Source: an uncultured bacterium
GTDB lineage: Bacteria > Babelota > Babeliae > Babelales > Vermiphilaceae
NCBI GenBank assembly: GCA_963702025.1
Contig: OY969699.1
Location: 160,001 to 224,000, forward strand
Direction: 5' to 3'
Length of the DNA stretch: 64,000 nt
Position 1 is the first letter of the stretch. The number at the start of each line of letters is the position of its first letter. The position numbers and the translations under genes were made by a program. Below the pieces are notes generated by a model that had not been told where the DNA came from, ran no database searches, and worked only from the letters and a program-made list of their open reading frames with translations. This document shows, piece by piece, positions 47,598 to 57,653 of this stretch.

Positions 47598-47835
47598 AAT
47601 TCGAGCTAAAACTACAGACACCGATTGAAAAAGGTCGCTCGTGGTGAGTGCGAACGCAGTGAGCGTATCGAACCATGCGGCCTAAAAGGAAGCACTTATT
47701 GACAATGATTGTGGCTCTTTAAAATTGTTAGCAAAAAAGAAATTTTATTAATAAATATTTATTAAACCCGCATGGTTCGATACGATTGCTTCGCAATCAC
47801 TCACCACGAGCGGGTTTTAGTTCTTAGCTCGAATT
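47598..47835. mobile_element. MITE-like internally deleted derivative of the 4692-5114 GIY-YIG element
   Basis: Inverted repeat units 47636-47680 and 47768-47813 enclose the last ~70 nt of the GIY-YIG gene; outer inverted repeats aattcgagctaa(g)aacta at 47598-47614 and 47818-47835. Confidence 0.8.
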
Positions 47836-47959
47836 GGCGTTAGTTAGCAGTTTTTTTAGGCTAACGTCATTTTTGCAAATCATTATATCTTCAAGATCCG
47901 TTCGCCTCCATCGACCCGAACGGGGAGGGTTCTTAGAAAAAGTCTAATTTATATTCACT

Positions 47960-48826
47960 CTACACGCTGTATTGCGGCCTGATACCAAACCCTAAATTCA
48001 TTGGACCACGATCGCAGCGGGCAATCTTTCCTTGCAACGGCAAATCCATCTGACTAGTAACCCCATAAAAATAGATCTCCTTTTCATTTTTTATCAATGC
48101 GTATTTACCATCATAAGTTGTTACCAAAGTAATATAACCATCATTAACATTGAGTGATCTAAAATCGGTCTCAAAATTATTAAATTTTTCAAACTCATTT
48201 TCTCGAATAAAAAATGCATTCACAGTGGTAAGCGCTACCAGTTTATATCCTTTTGTTTGAGCAATTCTGGCAAGCGCCGCTGCGGATGAGCCAAAGTTGT
48301 TATTACTGCAATATGGCGCAAATACATCGTAATGAATGGGAATGGTGGGATTATATTCGCAGATTATTACCCGTGGGCGTATTTTTTCTAGGCTATTAAA
48401 TATGTGATAATCGTTGCCATCCACATCAATAGAAAGAAGATCAATCGGTTCGGTAATATTAAATTTTTCCAAAACAGCTTCTAAGCAGTCTGCTTTTTCT
48501 ATGCCAACCCACGCGCACACGGCAAGAACATTAAATTGAGCCGCCGTTTTAGCAAGCTGCTCAAAGCGGTTTACATTGCCCTCAATTAATACCGCTCGCC
48601 AAGAGAGATCGCCAATCCATAACTTGGCAGTATTAGAAAGGTGAATGCCGTCCCATGCGCCAAATTCAACCGCTAGTTTTGATTCGGGGCCAATTATTTC
48701 AAATATTTTTTTGATAATACCATCCTCACCAAATTGTGAATACATATTTTGCGCATACTCAATTAAGCGCTCTTTTGCGTGGCACACGAATGAGCAAAAA
48801 ATGAGTATGGTGATAATTTTTCTCAT
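47960..48826 (-). CDS. FkbM-like SAM-dependent methyltransferase-fold protein with signal peptide
   Basis: YSQFGEDGII, VEFGAWDG..SNT, DLLSIDVDGNDY, PRVIICEYN. Confidence 0.75.
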   Translation of the reverse strand: MRKIITILIFCSFVCHAKERLIEYAQNMYSQFGEDGIIKKIFEIIGPESKLAVEFGAWDGIHLSNTAKLWIGDLSWRAVLIEGNVNRFEQLAKTAAQFNVLAVCAWVGIEKADCLEAVLEKFNITEPIDLLSIDVDGNDYHIFNSLEKIRPRVIICEYNPTIPIHYDVFAPYCSNNNFGSSAAALARIAQTKGYKLVALTTVNAFFIRENEFEKFNNFETDFRSLNVNDGYITLVTTYDGKYALIKNEKEIYFYGVTSQMDLPLQGKIARCDRGPMNLGFGIRPQYSV

Positions 48827-48954
48827 GAGTTATTTCCTTTTTATAATAAACCCGGGCAAAATTTGTCCCTTACGATAAAACACACTATTTTACAAAAATA
48901 ACAAGCGAAATATAATTTTAAAAAAGTTTAATCACAAAAAAGGAAACGAGAAGC

Positions 48955-50091
48955 ATGAACAAAATTAATAGTATATTTTTTCTCATTCCATTCTTGATGG
49001 CCCAAACCGGTTATCCTTGTGTAATAACAAATGGGATTGAAGAGTGGCGCCGACTTGGCGATGGCATTATCACCGTTATCAAAGCAAAATATTATGCCCA
49101 GAAGTTTAAAATACCATTTTATTATAGCAACTTTCCGTATTGCCAGGATTTCCTTTTTTCCGACCAAGAAAAGGCTCTCACTGATAATCATAAAGCGAGC
49201 TTTAGCCGGATTATGATTATTAACGAAGAAAAAGATATTCAAGATGCTCTTGATGGCAACGAATCAATTTTATTCGTGACCCATTTCCTTTGCCCAACGC
49301 CCGATCTCTTTGACTTTATTAAAGATCCACAAAATGCTGATTTTTGTGCAACAATAGAAAAGATGTTCCAATTAAAAACACCCATAGAACCATTACCCAA
49401 AAAACCGAGCACGCTACATGTTGCCTTGCATGTGCGCAAAGGGGGCGGCTATGATTTTCCACTAGACTCGCAACAAGAATATACTCTTGATGCGCCGCTG
49501 CTCAAGAGCAAACAAATCTATATCCACCGAAAAAATCCCGGTATCGCCACCGATGATATTTGGCCCCTTACCGGTCTTGCCGGCCCTGGATTTACCACGC
49601 AAACAAAACTGCTGCTGTTTAAAAAAAATAATTATTCCGATTATATCTGGCCCATCAAGCTCCCGCCCGATCAATATTATATTGAACAAATAAAAGTATT
49701 AGTCAGCATGCTACCGCCGGAAAAACAACTGCAGATAATACTTTTTACCGACGATCCGAACCCGGAAGGCATAGTTGAGCGCTATTTACAAGCGCTGGGC
49801 AACCCATCAAAAATAGAATTCTACTTTCGAAAGTTTGATAATAAGCATAATCAAAACGTGGTTGAAGATCTTTTTTATCTGGCATCATGCGATTGCATTA
49901 TTAGCGCCTATTCATCATTTGCTTTGAGCGCACATCTGATAGGCCATCACTCAATAATTATTTGCCCTGAACATGCTATTACATTACCGGACAAAGTAAT
50001 TATTGATAAAATAAAAACAATCACTATTGAGAATGCCCATGATGCAGCTATGAGGAAAATAGTTAAAAAAGTTATGGCATTGAAAATTTAG
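48955..50091 (+). CDS. GT11/fucosyltransferase-like protein with signal peptide
   Basis: RLGD, ALHVRKGG, YY, LFTDDP, DLFYLASCD.II...SSF. Confidence 0.65.
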   Translation: MNKINSIFFLIPFLMAQTGYPCVITNGIEEWRRLGDGIITVIKAKYYAQKFKIPFYYSNFPYCQDFLFSDQEKALTDNHKASFSRIMIINEEKDIQDALDGNESILFVTHFLCPTPDLFDFIKDPQNADFCATIEKMFQLKTPIEPLPKKPSTLHVALHVRKGGGYDFPLDSQQEYTLDAPLLKSKQIYIHRKNPGIATDDIWPLTGLAGPGFTTQTKLLLFKKNNYSDYIWPIKLPPDQYYIEQIKVLVSMLPPEKQLQIILFTDDPNPEGIVERYLQALGNPSKIEFYFRKFDNKHNQNVVEDLFYLASCDCIISAYSSFALSAHLIGHHSIIICPEHAITLPDKVIIDKIKTITIENAHDAAMRKIVKKVMALKI

Positions 50092-50438
50092 TTTATGAGT
50101 GTTGCATTAACAACAAGATGCTCGGTAAATTTGGCTTCCTTAAGAGAATAAATTCTATTGAGAGGTATTGTTTCTGTGGGAAACTCATGAGTTACTTTCC
50201 GTCCGCCTTCCCTTTCAACTTTAACACAAAAGTCAACATCTACACTATCCCAATTTTCCTGCACCAGTGTTGCGCTGAATCTTATGAGAGTACAACCAAT
50301 CTCTTTTTCAAAAAGCATTTGTTTCTGATTGAGTTGTAAAGTTTTTTCTATTATTCCATCACGCAAATGAAACTCCAATTTAGCAGCGCCATTTATAAAG
50401 ATTGGCAAAAGCATTAACATGAATAAAATTCTTTTCAT
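50088..50438 (-). CDS. Small secreted hypothetical protein
   Basis: Signal peptide MKRILFMLMLLPIFING; AAGGA RBS. Confidence 0.6.
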   Translation of the reverse strand: MKRILFMLMLLPIFINGAAKLEFHLRDGIIEKTLQLNQKQMLFEKEIGCTLIRFSATLVQENWDSVDVDFCVKVEREGGRKVTHEFPTETIPLNRIYSLKEAKFTEHLVVNATLIN

Positions 50439-50469
50439 CGCACATCATCCTTTTTTAGAAATATTTTTC

Positions 50470-53400
50470 TCAGATATTCTTTTCGCGTAATTCATTAACT
50501 TCATTTTGCAAAGCAGTTATCAGCATTTGTTGATCCTTAATTAACTGATTATGTTGTTGTACTTGATTAAGTAATGCTATAAATGCTTTATCTAATTGCA
50601 GGTAGTTACTCAATTTTCCATCAATCATACTGAGTAATTCCGGACAAAATTCAGCTGGATCATCAGGGGGCATCAACATAGCCTTAAGATCTCTTTCTCC
50701 AAATTGAGAACGATAAAAAACTGACTTGAGCTCCATCAACTTTTCTGATTGATTTCTGGTGAATTGATCATCAAGCGAATCTATTGCTAAAGATCTCACT
50801 CTTGGCGGTGGAGCAACAGCGCAGGCCGCGCACGGACCATAGACAACCGCTCCAAGAACCGGAGTATAACTTACGATTGTAAATGGATCAAAGCCCGGTA
50901 GCAACCCATGTATAAAGCAACCGGTTTCATTAACGAAACTTCCAAGCGTGACATCACTTCCAAAACTTTCAGAGACGGTTCCTATTGAAATGGCATTCAC
51001 CCCAAATGAAAGAGATGTGTCACCGATGGTAACATTACCCAATCCATTTGACGAACAATCAGCTCCTATTGCAATCCCACCCGCTCCATCCGAAACGGCA
51101 GCATCACCAATGGCAATTCCACCCAGCCCATCTGAAGAGGCGCCATTACCTATGGCAATTGCACCCGCACCAACTGTATCGGCCGCATTACCAATACAAA
51201 CGAGGCCAACCCCAAAAATGTCAATACCGTCACCAATTCCAACTGTTCCAGCACCGACAATACCCATAGCATTTCCAATTCCAACCGCACCAGCACCATC
51301 TACTGCAGCAGCCGCTCCCATACCAATGGTTCCCGCACCAACCACTCCAATAGCATCGCCTATCGCGATCGATCCCGCACCATCGGTAGTACCCGCATGC
51401 CCGATACAAATACTGGCAACCGCTGCCACTTCAGCCTCACCACCAATACAAATGCTGCCAACACCATTACAATCAACTGCTTGTCCAATAGCAATACTTT
51501 GTAGGCCATCAGTAACTGCTTCAGATCCTATGGTTATGGCCCCTTCACCGGTGGCATAAGTATTATACCCAACGAGCGTACAGGCAACTCCAACCGCTTC
51601 ACATTTTGCGCCGATTGCCGTAAGAAGTTCATCAGCAGAATAATAGATTGCTGAAAATCCCACGGCGGTGTTAAAGTACCCTTCTACGTTGGTTGCCATT
51701 GCCATAGAGCCCACGGCAACATTATAATTACCATATGATTCTTCCATAGCGTGCCATCCAACGGCAGTATTATCATACATAGGATTTAAGTGACTCAGAC
51801 TAACGGTTTTATTACCGCCCAGTGTTTCAACACCAACCGCCGTACAATTATAGGCAAAAACGGTATTTCTAATAGCACTATCCCCAACAGCTACATTATC
51901 CTTGCCATAATACATGCCGGATAGCGCGCTCGCCCCGCACGTTGTATTACCCGATGATAAATTAAGATATTTATTGTTCATCGCATCATTACCAATAACG
52001 GTATTTGAATAATTATAATAAGAATAAGCTCCACTCATGGTGTTATTGCCATGTGTCACATTATCAAAGCTAAAATAGTGGTTCTTGAGCGTATTATTAC
52101 CAATAGCAACATTTTCATAGCAAAATATCGGGCGCTGAAGACTGCTATTACCAATCGAAATATTACCATACTGGAAAGGGAAATAGGGGACCGTGAAGCT
52201 GGGAATAGAGTGGCCGGGAAAAATAAATGGGTATATGTCCGAGAAGCAAACTTTATATGATATCGGAATGTGCGGGAGACTAAAGGTGTAGCAAAGATTT
52301 CCGGTTAGCTGTCCCGGCCCTTGCAAGGCATTTACTCCAACCGCAATGTTCTCATAACTGAATGTGCTATATTGCATCGTGTCAGTTCCAAGAGCAGTAT
52401 TGCTATGAGCATAAAGATGCTGAGTTGGAATTATTGGGTTGCTTGGTGCAATGGAAATTGTTTGTAGATTTTCCATTGAATGGGTGCCAACTGCCGTAAG
52501 TTCCGTACCAAAATCACTCGCTTGCAACGCATACGATCCAACAGCAAGATTTTCATCAACTTGATTGGTATAGAGCGCTTGCCAACCGACTGCGGTATTT
52601 TCAGATGCCGGATCAACGGAATATAAAGTAAACGCACCTAATGCAGTATTGCCATCCCCGGAGGTCATTTGATTCATGGAAGAGCACCCCAAGGCAGTAT
52701 CGTTGGTGCCGGTTTGATTATTTTGCATAGCGCCTTCGCCAATGGCGGTATTTGAGGTGCCGTTGGCTACCGGATTGGTATTATCGCCAACCGAGAGATT
52801 ACAGTTGGCCAGATTCGTGGATACCACCGGGTTGCCATTTATACTAAAATATGAATAGGTAATAATTGGCCCTTGCGCACTAATACCGCCGCAAACATAG
52901 AGATCTTTGCCAATACCAACACCGCCATCAACTACCAATGCACCATTATTGCAGGCACTGCTATCGGTAGTATTAAAAATATGTTCTTTGCCACAGATAT
53001 TTAAATTGCCACCAATTCCTTCACCACCGGCCACGACTAATGCCCCATTGGTGCACGCTGTGCTTTGTGCCGTATCAAAAATATTAACCATTCCGCAAAT
53101 ATTTGCGCCGCTTGCTATTCCTACTGAACCATCAACAATCAACGCGCCACCTGAGCAGGTTGAATCCGAAGCGGTGCTAAAGATATGGGTTGTGCCGCAT
53201 ACATTAAGATCGCCACCGATCCCAAGGCCACCGGCAACAACAAGCGCACCCGATCCACAATCATTACTTTGTTGAGTGCTGCCCACGGTGATACCACCAC
53301 ACACATTTAAATCTTGGCCAATACCAACACCACCGCCAACCACTAATGCGCCATGTTGACAATCGATACTTGGCGTTAAGTTATTAATATGTTCGGTGCC

Positions 53401-54006
53401 GCAAACATTTAAATTACCTTGGATCCCAACCCCGCCTTTTACCGTAAGCGCACCCGAGCCGCAATCTGAGCTGTCAGTTGTATTGTTAATAACCACTTTC
53501 CCGTTAAAAATGCCATTTTGGGTAACCTGCTGGCTTTGAGCGCAGACATCATTAAACCCAATAAGAATTCCCTGATTTTGAACCCCGGCGCCGGAGCATG
53601 GGCTGGGCACCGCGCGCTCAACAGTGGTAACCGGCGCTTCATCCAGATCTTTTTTTATTTTTTGCAGATAATGCGCAATTAATTCACCATCGGCAGATGC
53701 ACCATTTTGCATGAGGTTATTGGCAAGTTGCTCAAGTTGCTTCAGACCAATGCGAAGCTCATCTTGGCAAGCAATCATCTCACCTTTTTCAATCTGCTCA
53801 ACAAGAGCTAGAAAAGCCGGAACCGATTCAGCTTTCGCTTCTACTTTACTCTTTAAAAGAAAAAGCCGTTTAGCTACTTTCCGTGGTAATTCGAGTGCCG
53901 GCACCTGCTCCTTGATCATATGATCAGCAGACAATGCCGCATGATGAAAAACAAGAAAGGAGAATAATAAAAAAGTAAGATTTAATCTTGTTTTAAAAAA
54001 CTTCAT
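50470..54006 (-). CDS. Large fibre/adhesin-like repeat protein
   Basis: Signal peptide; six S..C..GAL.V.GG.GI repeats; many NTA(I/V)G repeats; YadA-head-like G.GAIAIG repeats; C-terminal coiled coil. Confidence 0.75.
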   Translation of the reverse strand: MKFFKTRLNLTFLLFSFLVFHHAALSADHMIKEQVPALELPRKVAKRLFLLKSKVEAKAESVPAFLALVEQIEKGEMIACQDELRIGLKQLEQLANNLMQNGASADGELIAHYLQKIKKDLDEAPVTTVERAVPSPCSGAGVQNQGILIGFNDVCAQSQQVTQNGIFNGKVVINNTTDSSDCGSGALTVKGGVGIQGNLNVCGTEHINNLTPSIDCQHGALVVGGGVGIGQDLNVCGGITVGSTQQSNDCGSGALVVAGGLGIGGDLNVCGTTHIFSTASDSTCSGGALIVDGSVGIASGANICGMVNIFDTAQSTACTNGALVVAGGEGIGGNLNICGKEHIFNTTDSSACNNGALVVDGGVGIGKDLYVCGGISAQGPIITYSYFSINGNPVVSTNLANCNLSVGDNTNPVANGTSNTAIGEGAMQNNQTGTNDTALGCSSMNQMTSGDGNTALGAFTLYSVDPASENTAVGWQALYTNQVDENLAVGSYALQASDFGTELTAVGTHSMENLQTISIAPSNPIIPTQHLYAHSNTALGTDTMQYSTFSYENIAVGVNALQGPGQLTGNLCYTFSLPHIPISYKVCFSDIYPFIFPGHSIPSFTVPYFPFQYGNISIGNSSLQRPIFCYENVAIGNNTLKNHYFSFDNVTHGNNTMSGAYSYYNYSNTVIGNDAMNNKYLNLSSGNTTCGASALSGMYYGKDNVAVGDSAIRNTVFAYNCTAVGVETLGGNKTVSLSHLNPMYDNTAVGWHAMEESYGNYNVAVGSMAMATNVEGYFNTAVGFSAIYYSADELLTAIGAKCEAVGVACTLVGYNTYATGEGAITIGSEAVTDGLQSIAIGQAVDCNGVGSICIGGEAEVAAVASICIGHAGTTDGAGSIAIGDAIGVVGAGTIGMGAAAAVDGAGAVGIGNAMGIVGAGTVGIGDGIDIFGVGLVCIGNAADTVGAGAIAIGNGASSDGLGGIAIGDAAVSDGAGGIAIGADCSSNGLGNVTIGDTSLSFGVNAISIGTVSESFGSDVTLGSFVNETGCFIHGLLPGFDPFTIVSYTPVLGAVVYGPCAACAVAPPPRVRSLAIDSLDDQFTRNQSEKLMELKSVFYRSQFGERDLKAMLMPPDDPAEFCPELLSMIDGKLSNYLQLDKAFIALLNQVQQHNQLIKDQQMLITALQNEVNELREKNI

Positions 54007-54174
54007 TATTAAATCCTTTTAAAAATTTTATATTAAATATCTCAATCCAAACTAATAAAAAAAAATCCACCAAGTCAACGGTAAAAAAATTGTTTGCATC
54101 CTTGCATTTTCAATTCAATTTGAGTAATGCTCTTTTTAAGAGAGTATGATTACAATTAAAGTGAAAGGAGCATT

Positions 54175-55830
54175 GTGAAGACACTACATTATTATGTTAT
54201 TATTTGTCTTTTTTTAGCCTTATCGGGCCATACAATTACACAAACACAAACAAAATTACAGGCGGCAAATCTTAGTGCAGCAACCATAACAAGAGCCTGT
54301 CCGGCGGTTGGCTGCATACCATCGTTAACATGTGTATCAAGTTCAAGCTCATTCACCGGACCCTGCGCAAATTTTGACTGCATCACTACCATAAATTTAA
54401 CGATCGGCGGCATCTTAACAGCAGCCTGCGAACAAATTACCGGAAATCTTACGGTGGGCGGTAGCACTCTCATAGAAGGAAGCCTTGTTGTTGAGAGCAA
54501 TAGCGATTTCAAGGGCAATGTCTGCGTCGAAGGTAATTTGAATGTTTCAGGTGATGAAACGGTGGGCGGCAATGAGAATCTAGCAGGAAGTTTAACCGTA
54601 AATAATGGTGCAATTATTAACGGCGGCTTGACCGTAAACGGTGATGAAACCATTACCGGTTCAGTAACCGTTAGTGGCAATCAAACAATTAACCAAAACC
54701 TTCTTGTACAAGGTCTGGGTACCATCAACGGTCTTACCACCGCAAATGGCGGGTTGGTTGTCTTTAATGGTGAAACGATCAACAATGGCGGATTAAATGT
54801 TTTAAACGGCGGGGCAAGCATCACCGGCGATGTCACTGTTACGGGTAGTGAAACCGTGGATAATTTAGAGGTTCTTGGTAATTTAACCGTTGATGAAACT
54901 GGTTTTTTAAACGGGTGCAGCACCACGGTAAACGGCACATTTACCGCAAACGGCCCGGTAGTAATGAATCAAGGATTAACAATCGCCTCGGGAGATGAAA
55001 CCATAAATACCGGTAACTTAACACTCAATAGCGGCAATTTAACAGTTGGTGGATTCTCAACATTCAATAATCCGGTCACTGCAAATAGCGGCGCAACTAT
55101 TAATGGTGGACTCACCGTATTTGGCGGCGAAACAATCGCTACGGGTAATCTCACCATTGCCAACTGTAATAATAGTGTTACCATAGGCGGAAGCCTGAGC
55201 GTAGCAGGCTCTATCACCAGCCCTTCAGAGGCAACAATGGGCAGTTTAACGCTCACCAATACTACCAATAGCACAAGCCCTACCACCGGCACACTTATTG
55301 TGAACGGTGGCGTTGGAATAGGGGAAGATCTCTGGATTGGCGGCAGCGAATATTTTGCTAACGTAACCACCCAAGGCGGCACACCCAGCCCATTTAATTA
55401 TTACGAAGAAACATGCTTTACTACACGATTCATTGCGGGTGTCGCATCAGCCACGGTAACCATTGGCATCGTTCGCATCGGTAGCATAGTTAATTTACTT
55501 ATTCCTGCATTTACGATGAGTAACACGCAGGCTTGTGCGGTTATTTCTACCGCCGGCTTCGGCGGTGGGCCCACATTACCTGCTCGCTTTATTCCCTGCT
55601 TGGCCCGCGGCGCATCATCAACCATTATTTATAATAGTGGCTCTGTAACAGTTGGTCAATTAGGCGAATGGGAGGTGGACTCGATGGGGAACATAACATT
55701 TGGCCTCCCCGCTAGCACCTGCATGATCCCTCCTGCATTGGGACCACAGCCTTTTGCCTCAACTGTGCCGGTCCAAGTGGATGCGACAACAATTACCTAT
55801 AATGTTCTTGGCTGCTCGTGCTCCAATTAA
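54175..55830 (+). CDS. Secreted beta-repeat fibre-like protein
   Basis: GNLTV/GDET(I/V) repeats; STSPTTGTLIVNGGVGIG; Cys-rich ends; paralog of the next gene. Confidence 0.7.
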   Translation: MKTLHYYVIICLFLALSGHTITQTQTKLQAANLSAATITRACPAVGCIPSLTCVSSSSSFTGPCANFDCITTINLTIGGILTAACEQITGNLTVGGSTLIEGSLVVESNSDFKGNVCVEGNLNVSGDETVGGNENLAGSLTVNNGAIINGGLTVNGDETITGSVTVSGNQTINQNLLVQGLGTINGLTTANGGLVVFNGETINNGGLNVLNGGASITGDVTVTGSETVDNLEVLGNLTVDETGFLNGCSTTVNGTFTANGPVVMNQGLTIASGDETINTGNLTLNSGNLTVGGFSTFNNPVTANSGATINGGLTVFGGETIATGNLTIANCNNSVTIGGSLSVAGSITSPSEATMGSLTLTNTTNSTSPTTGTLIVNGGVGIGEDLWIGGSEYFANVTTQGGTPSPFNYYEETCFTTRFIAGVASATVTIGIVRIGSIVNLLIPAFTMSNTQACAVISTAGFGGGPTLPARFIPCLARGASSTIIYNSGSVTVGQLGEWEVDSMGNITFGLPASTCMIPPALGPQPFASTVPVQVDATTITYNVLGCSCSN

Positions 55831-55846
55831 TTACTAAGGAGAGTAT

Positions 55847-57544
55847 ATGAAAATTGTAACTTATATCGCAAGCACACTGCTCTTCTTTGGTGGTACAATT
55901 ATCACTACTACCGGGTATGCCAGTGCCAGAAATAACAGTTGCGCACATCCGGGCCCAATCAGTATGCGCTCATGTCCGATTTGCCCTAATTTTCTGTGTA
56001 CCGGCCCAACCTCGTGCTCCGGCATTACCGGCTGCACGGGAATGACCGGCACTACAGGAAATACTGGCTGCACCGGACCATGCACAGCACAAATATGTAA
56101 CTGCATAGATGTTATCGGGAACGTAACGGTTAATACTCAGTTGCTCGTTAACACCCAAATTATCAACAACAATTTGATCATCGATCAAAATGCTGATTTT
56201 AAAGGCAATTTTGTGGTTGTGGGAAGAGCAAACTTAACCGGCATAGTCTGCGTAGAACAAGATATCGGCGTGGGTAATAATCTCGTTATTGGAGAAAATG
56301 GTGTTGTTCTTGGCACCATGACTGTTGGTGAGGGTACCTTTATAACCGGCCCATTACAAGAGATAGGAACGGTACAAATTAACGGCAATGCATCAATTGG
56401 CGGTGATGAAACAGTAGGCGGCAATCTTTTAGTTCTTGGCACTGCTACTTTTAATGATGTGCTTACTGCTAATAATGGGCTCACCGTCAATCAAGGAGAA
56501 ACCATCAATAGTGGTGGGTTAACTATTTTGGCAGATGGTGCTTCCATAACCAGTAACCTTTGCATTAACGGTGATGAAACCGTAACAGGAGATTTTACCA
56601 CCAATACAGTAACCGTTGATGGAAATACAACTTTTAATAATTTAATTTCCGGAACCGGCACACTCACTGCCAATGGCCCTGTTGTTTTTAATGAGGGATT
56701 AGTAATAGCATCGGGCAATGAAATTATTAAGGCCGGCAACTTGATTCTTACTGAAGGTAACCTTACTGTTGGCGGCAGCACCACATTGCAAAGCAAGGCG
56801 ACCATGAATGCCGGCGCAGTAATTAGTGGCGGCTTAACCGTTAACGGTGGCGAACAAATTTCTCAAGGCGGGCTGGATATTACCAGCGGCAGCCTTATCA
56901 TTAGTGGGAATCTTTTTGTGAGCGGCGCAATAACCGGAGCTAGTGCAGGCACTCTTGATAGCCTCACCCTCACTGACACTATAAATAGCACCGGGCCGGC
57001 CAGTGGAACACTTGTTGTTGATGGCGGCGTGGGGGTTGCTCGTGATATTTGGGAAGGTGGATCCGAATACCTTCAAACTGCCAGTGGCGTGGCTAGTCCC
57101 TTGGACTTTTACGAAGAAACCACTTTTTCTACCGGCTTTATCTGGGGGGGCGTTACGGTTGCCCCATCATTGAGCCTGCTGTTAAGAATTGTGCGCGCCG
57201 GGGATCTGGTAAACATAATGATTCCTAATATTATTATTAACAATGCCGGAACTCATATTGATGTGATAAGCTCAGCAACGCCATTACCAACCAGATTTAG
57301 ACCATTTGTTACCGTTCGGGGCCCTGCTTCAACAATAATATACAATACTTCAGTCACCGGACCACTGGTCGGCGTGCTCGGTGAATTTAACGTGTCGCCG
57401 GCAGGAACCATAACACTCGGGTTACCCGGAACCGCTATCGGTCCTCAAACAATACCATCAAGCGGCGGCGTGCAAGCTGACTATAACACCATAACTTATA
57501 CTTTGATTAGCGGATGCAATAATCATATCTGTCCGACAACGTAG
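55847..57544 (+). CDS. Secreted beta-repeat fibre-like protein with short collagen-like segment
   Basis: GITGCTGMTGTTGNTGCTGP; GDETV repeats; STGPASGTLVVDGGVGV; C-terminal domain shared with the previous gene (YEET.F.T.FI..LP.RF.P..RG..STIIYN). Confidence 0.7.
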   Translation: MKIVTYIASTLLFFGGTIITTTGYASARNNSCAHPGPISMRSCPICPNFLCTGPTSCSGITGCTGMTGTTGNTGCTGPCTAQICNCIDVIGNVTVNTQLLVNTQIINNNLIIDQNADFKGNFVVVGRANLTGIVCVEQDIGVGNNLVIGENGVVLGTMTVGEGTFITGPLQEIGTVQINGNASIGGDETVGGNLLVLGTATFNDVLTANNGLTVNQGETINSGGLTILADGASITSNLCINGDETVTGDFTTNTVTVDGNTTFNNLISGTGTLTANGPVVFNEGLVIASGNEIIKAGNLILTEGNLTVGGSTTLQSKATMNAGAVISGGLTVNGGEQISQGGLDITSGSLIISGNLFVSGAITGASAGTLDSLTLTDTINSTGPASGTLVVDGGVGVARDIWEGGSEYLQTASGVASPLDFYEETTFSTGFIWGGVTVAPSLSLLLRIVRAGDLVNIMIPNIIINNAGTHIDVISSATPLPTRFRPFVTVRGPASTIIYNTSVTGPLVGVLGEFNVSPAGTITLGLPGTAIGPQTIPSSGGVQADYNTITYTLISGCNNHICPTT

Positions 57545-57653
57545 CAGTTGCAATTTTAAGAGATGCCACATAGTTGGATTCCTTTCAATTATGTGGTATC
57601 TCTTTTTGTGAACTCGATCTAAGAAATTCAAAAAACTGGGAAAAAAGGAACTC

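Noticed and set aside
4692..47813. Palindromic repeats as a CRISPR array
   Set aside because: Units are dispersed or inverted, there is no regular repeat-spacer period, and no cas genes are present
50948..57076. Long antisense ORFs over the fibre genes (e.g. 50948-51559, 54192-54680)
   Set aside because: Shadow frames caused by repetitive Gly/Ala/Thr codons on the coding strand
50470..57544. Prophage or tailocin
   Set aside because: No capsid, terminase, tube, sheath, baseplate or integrase genes, and the proteins carry Sec-type signal peptides
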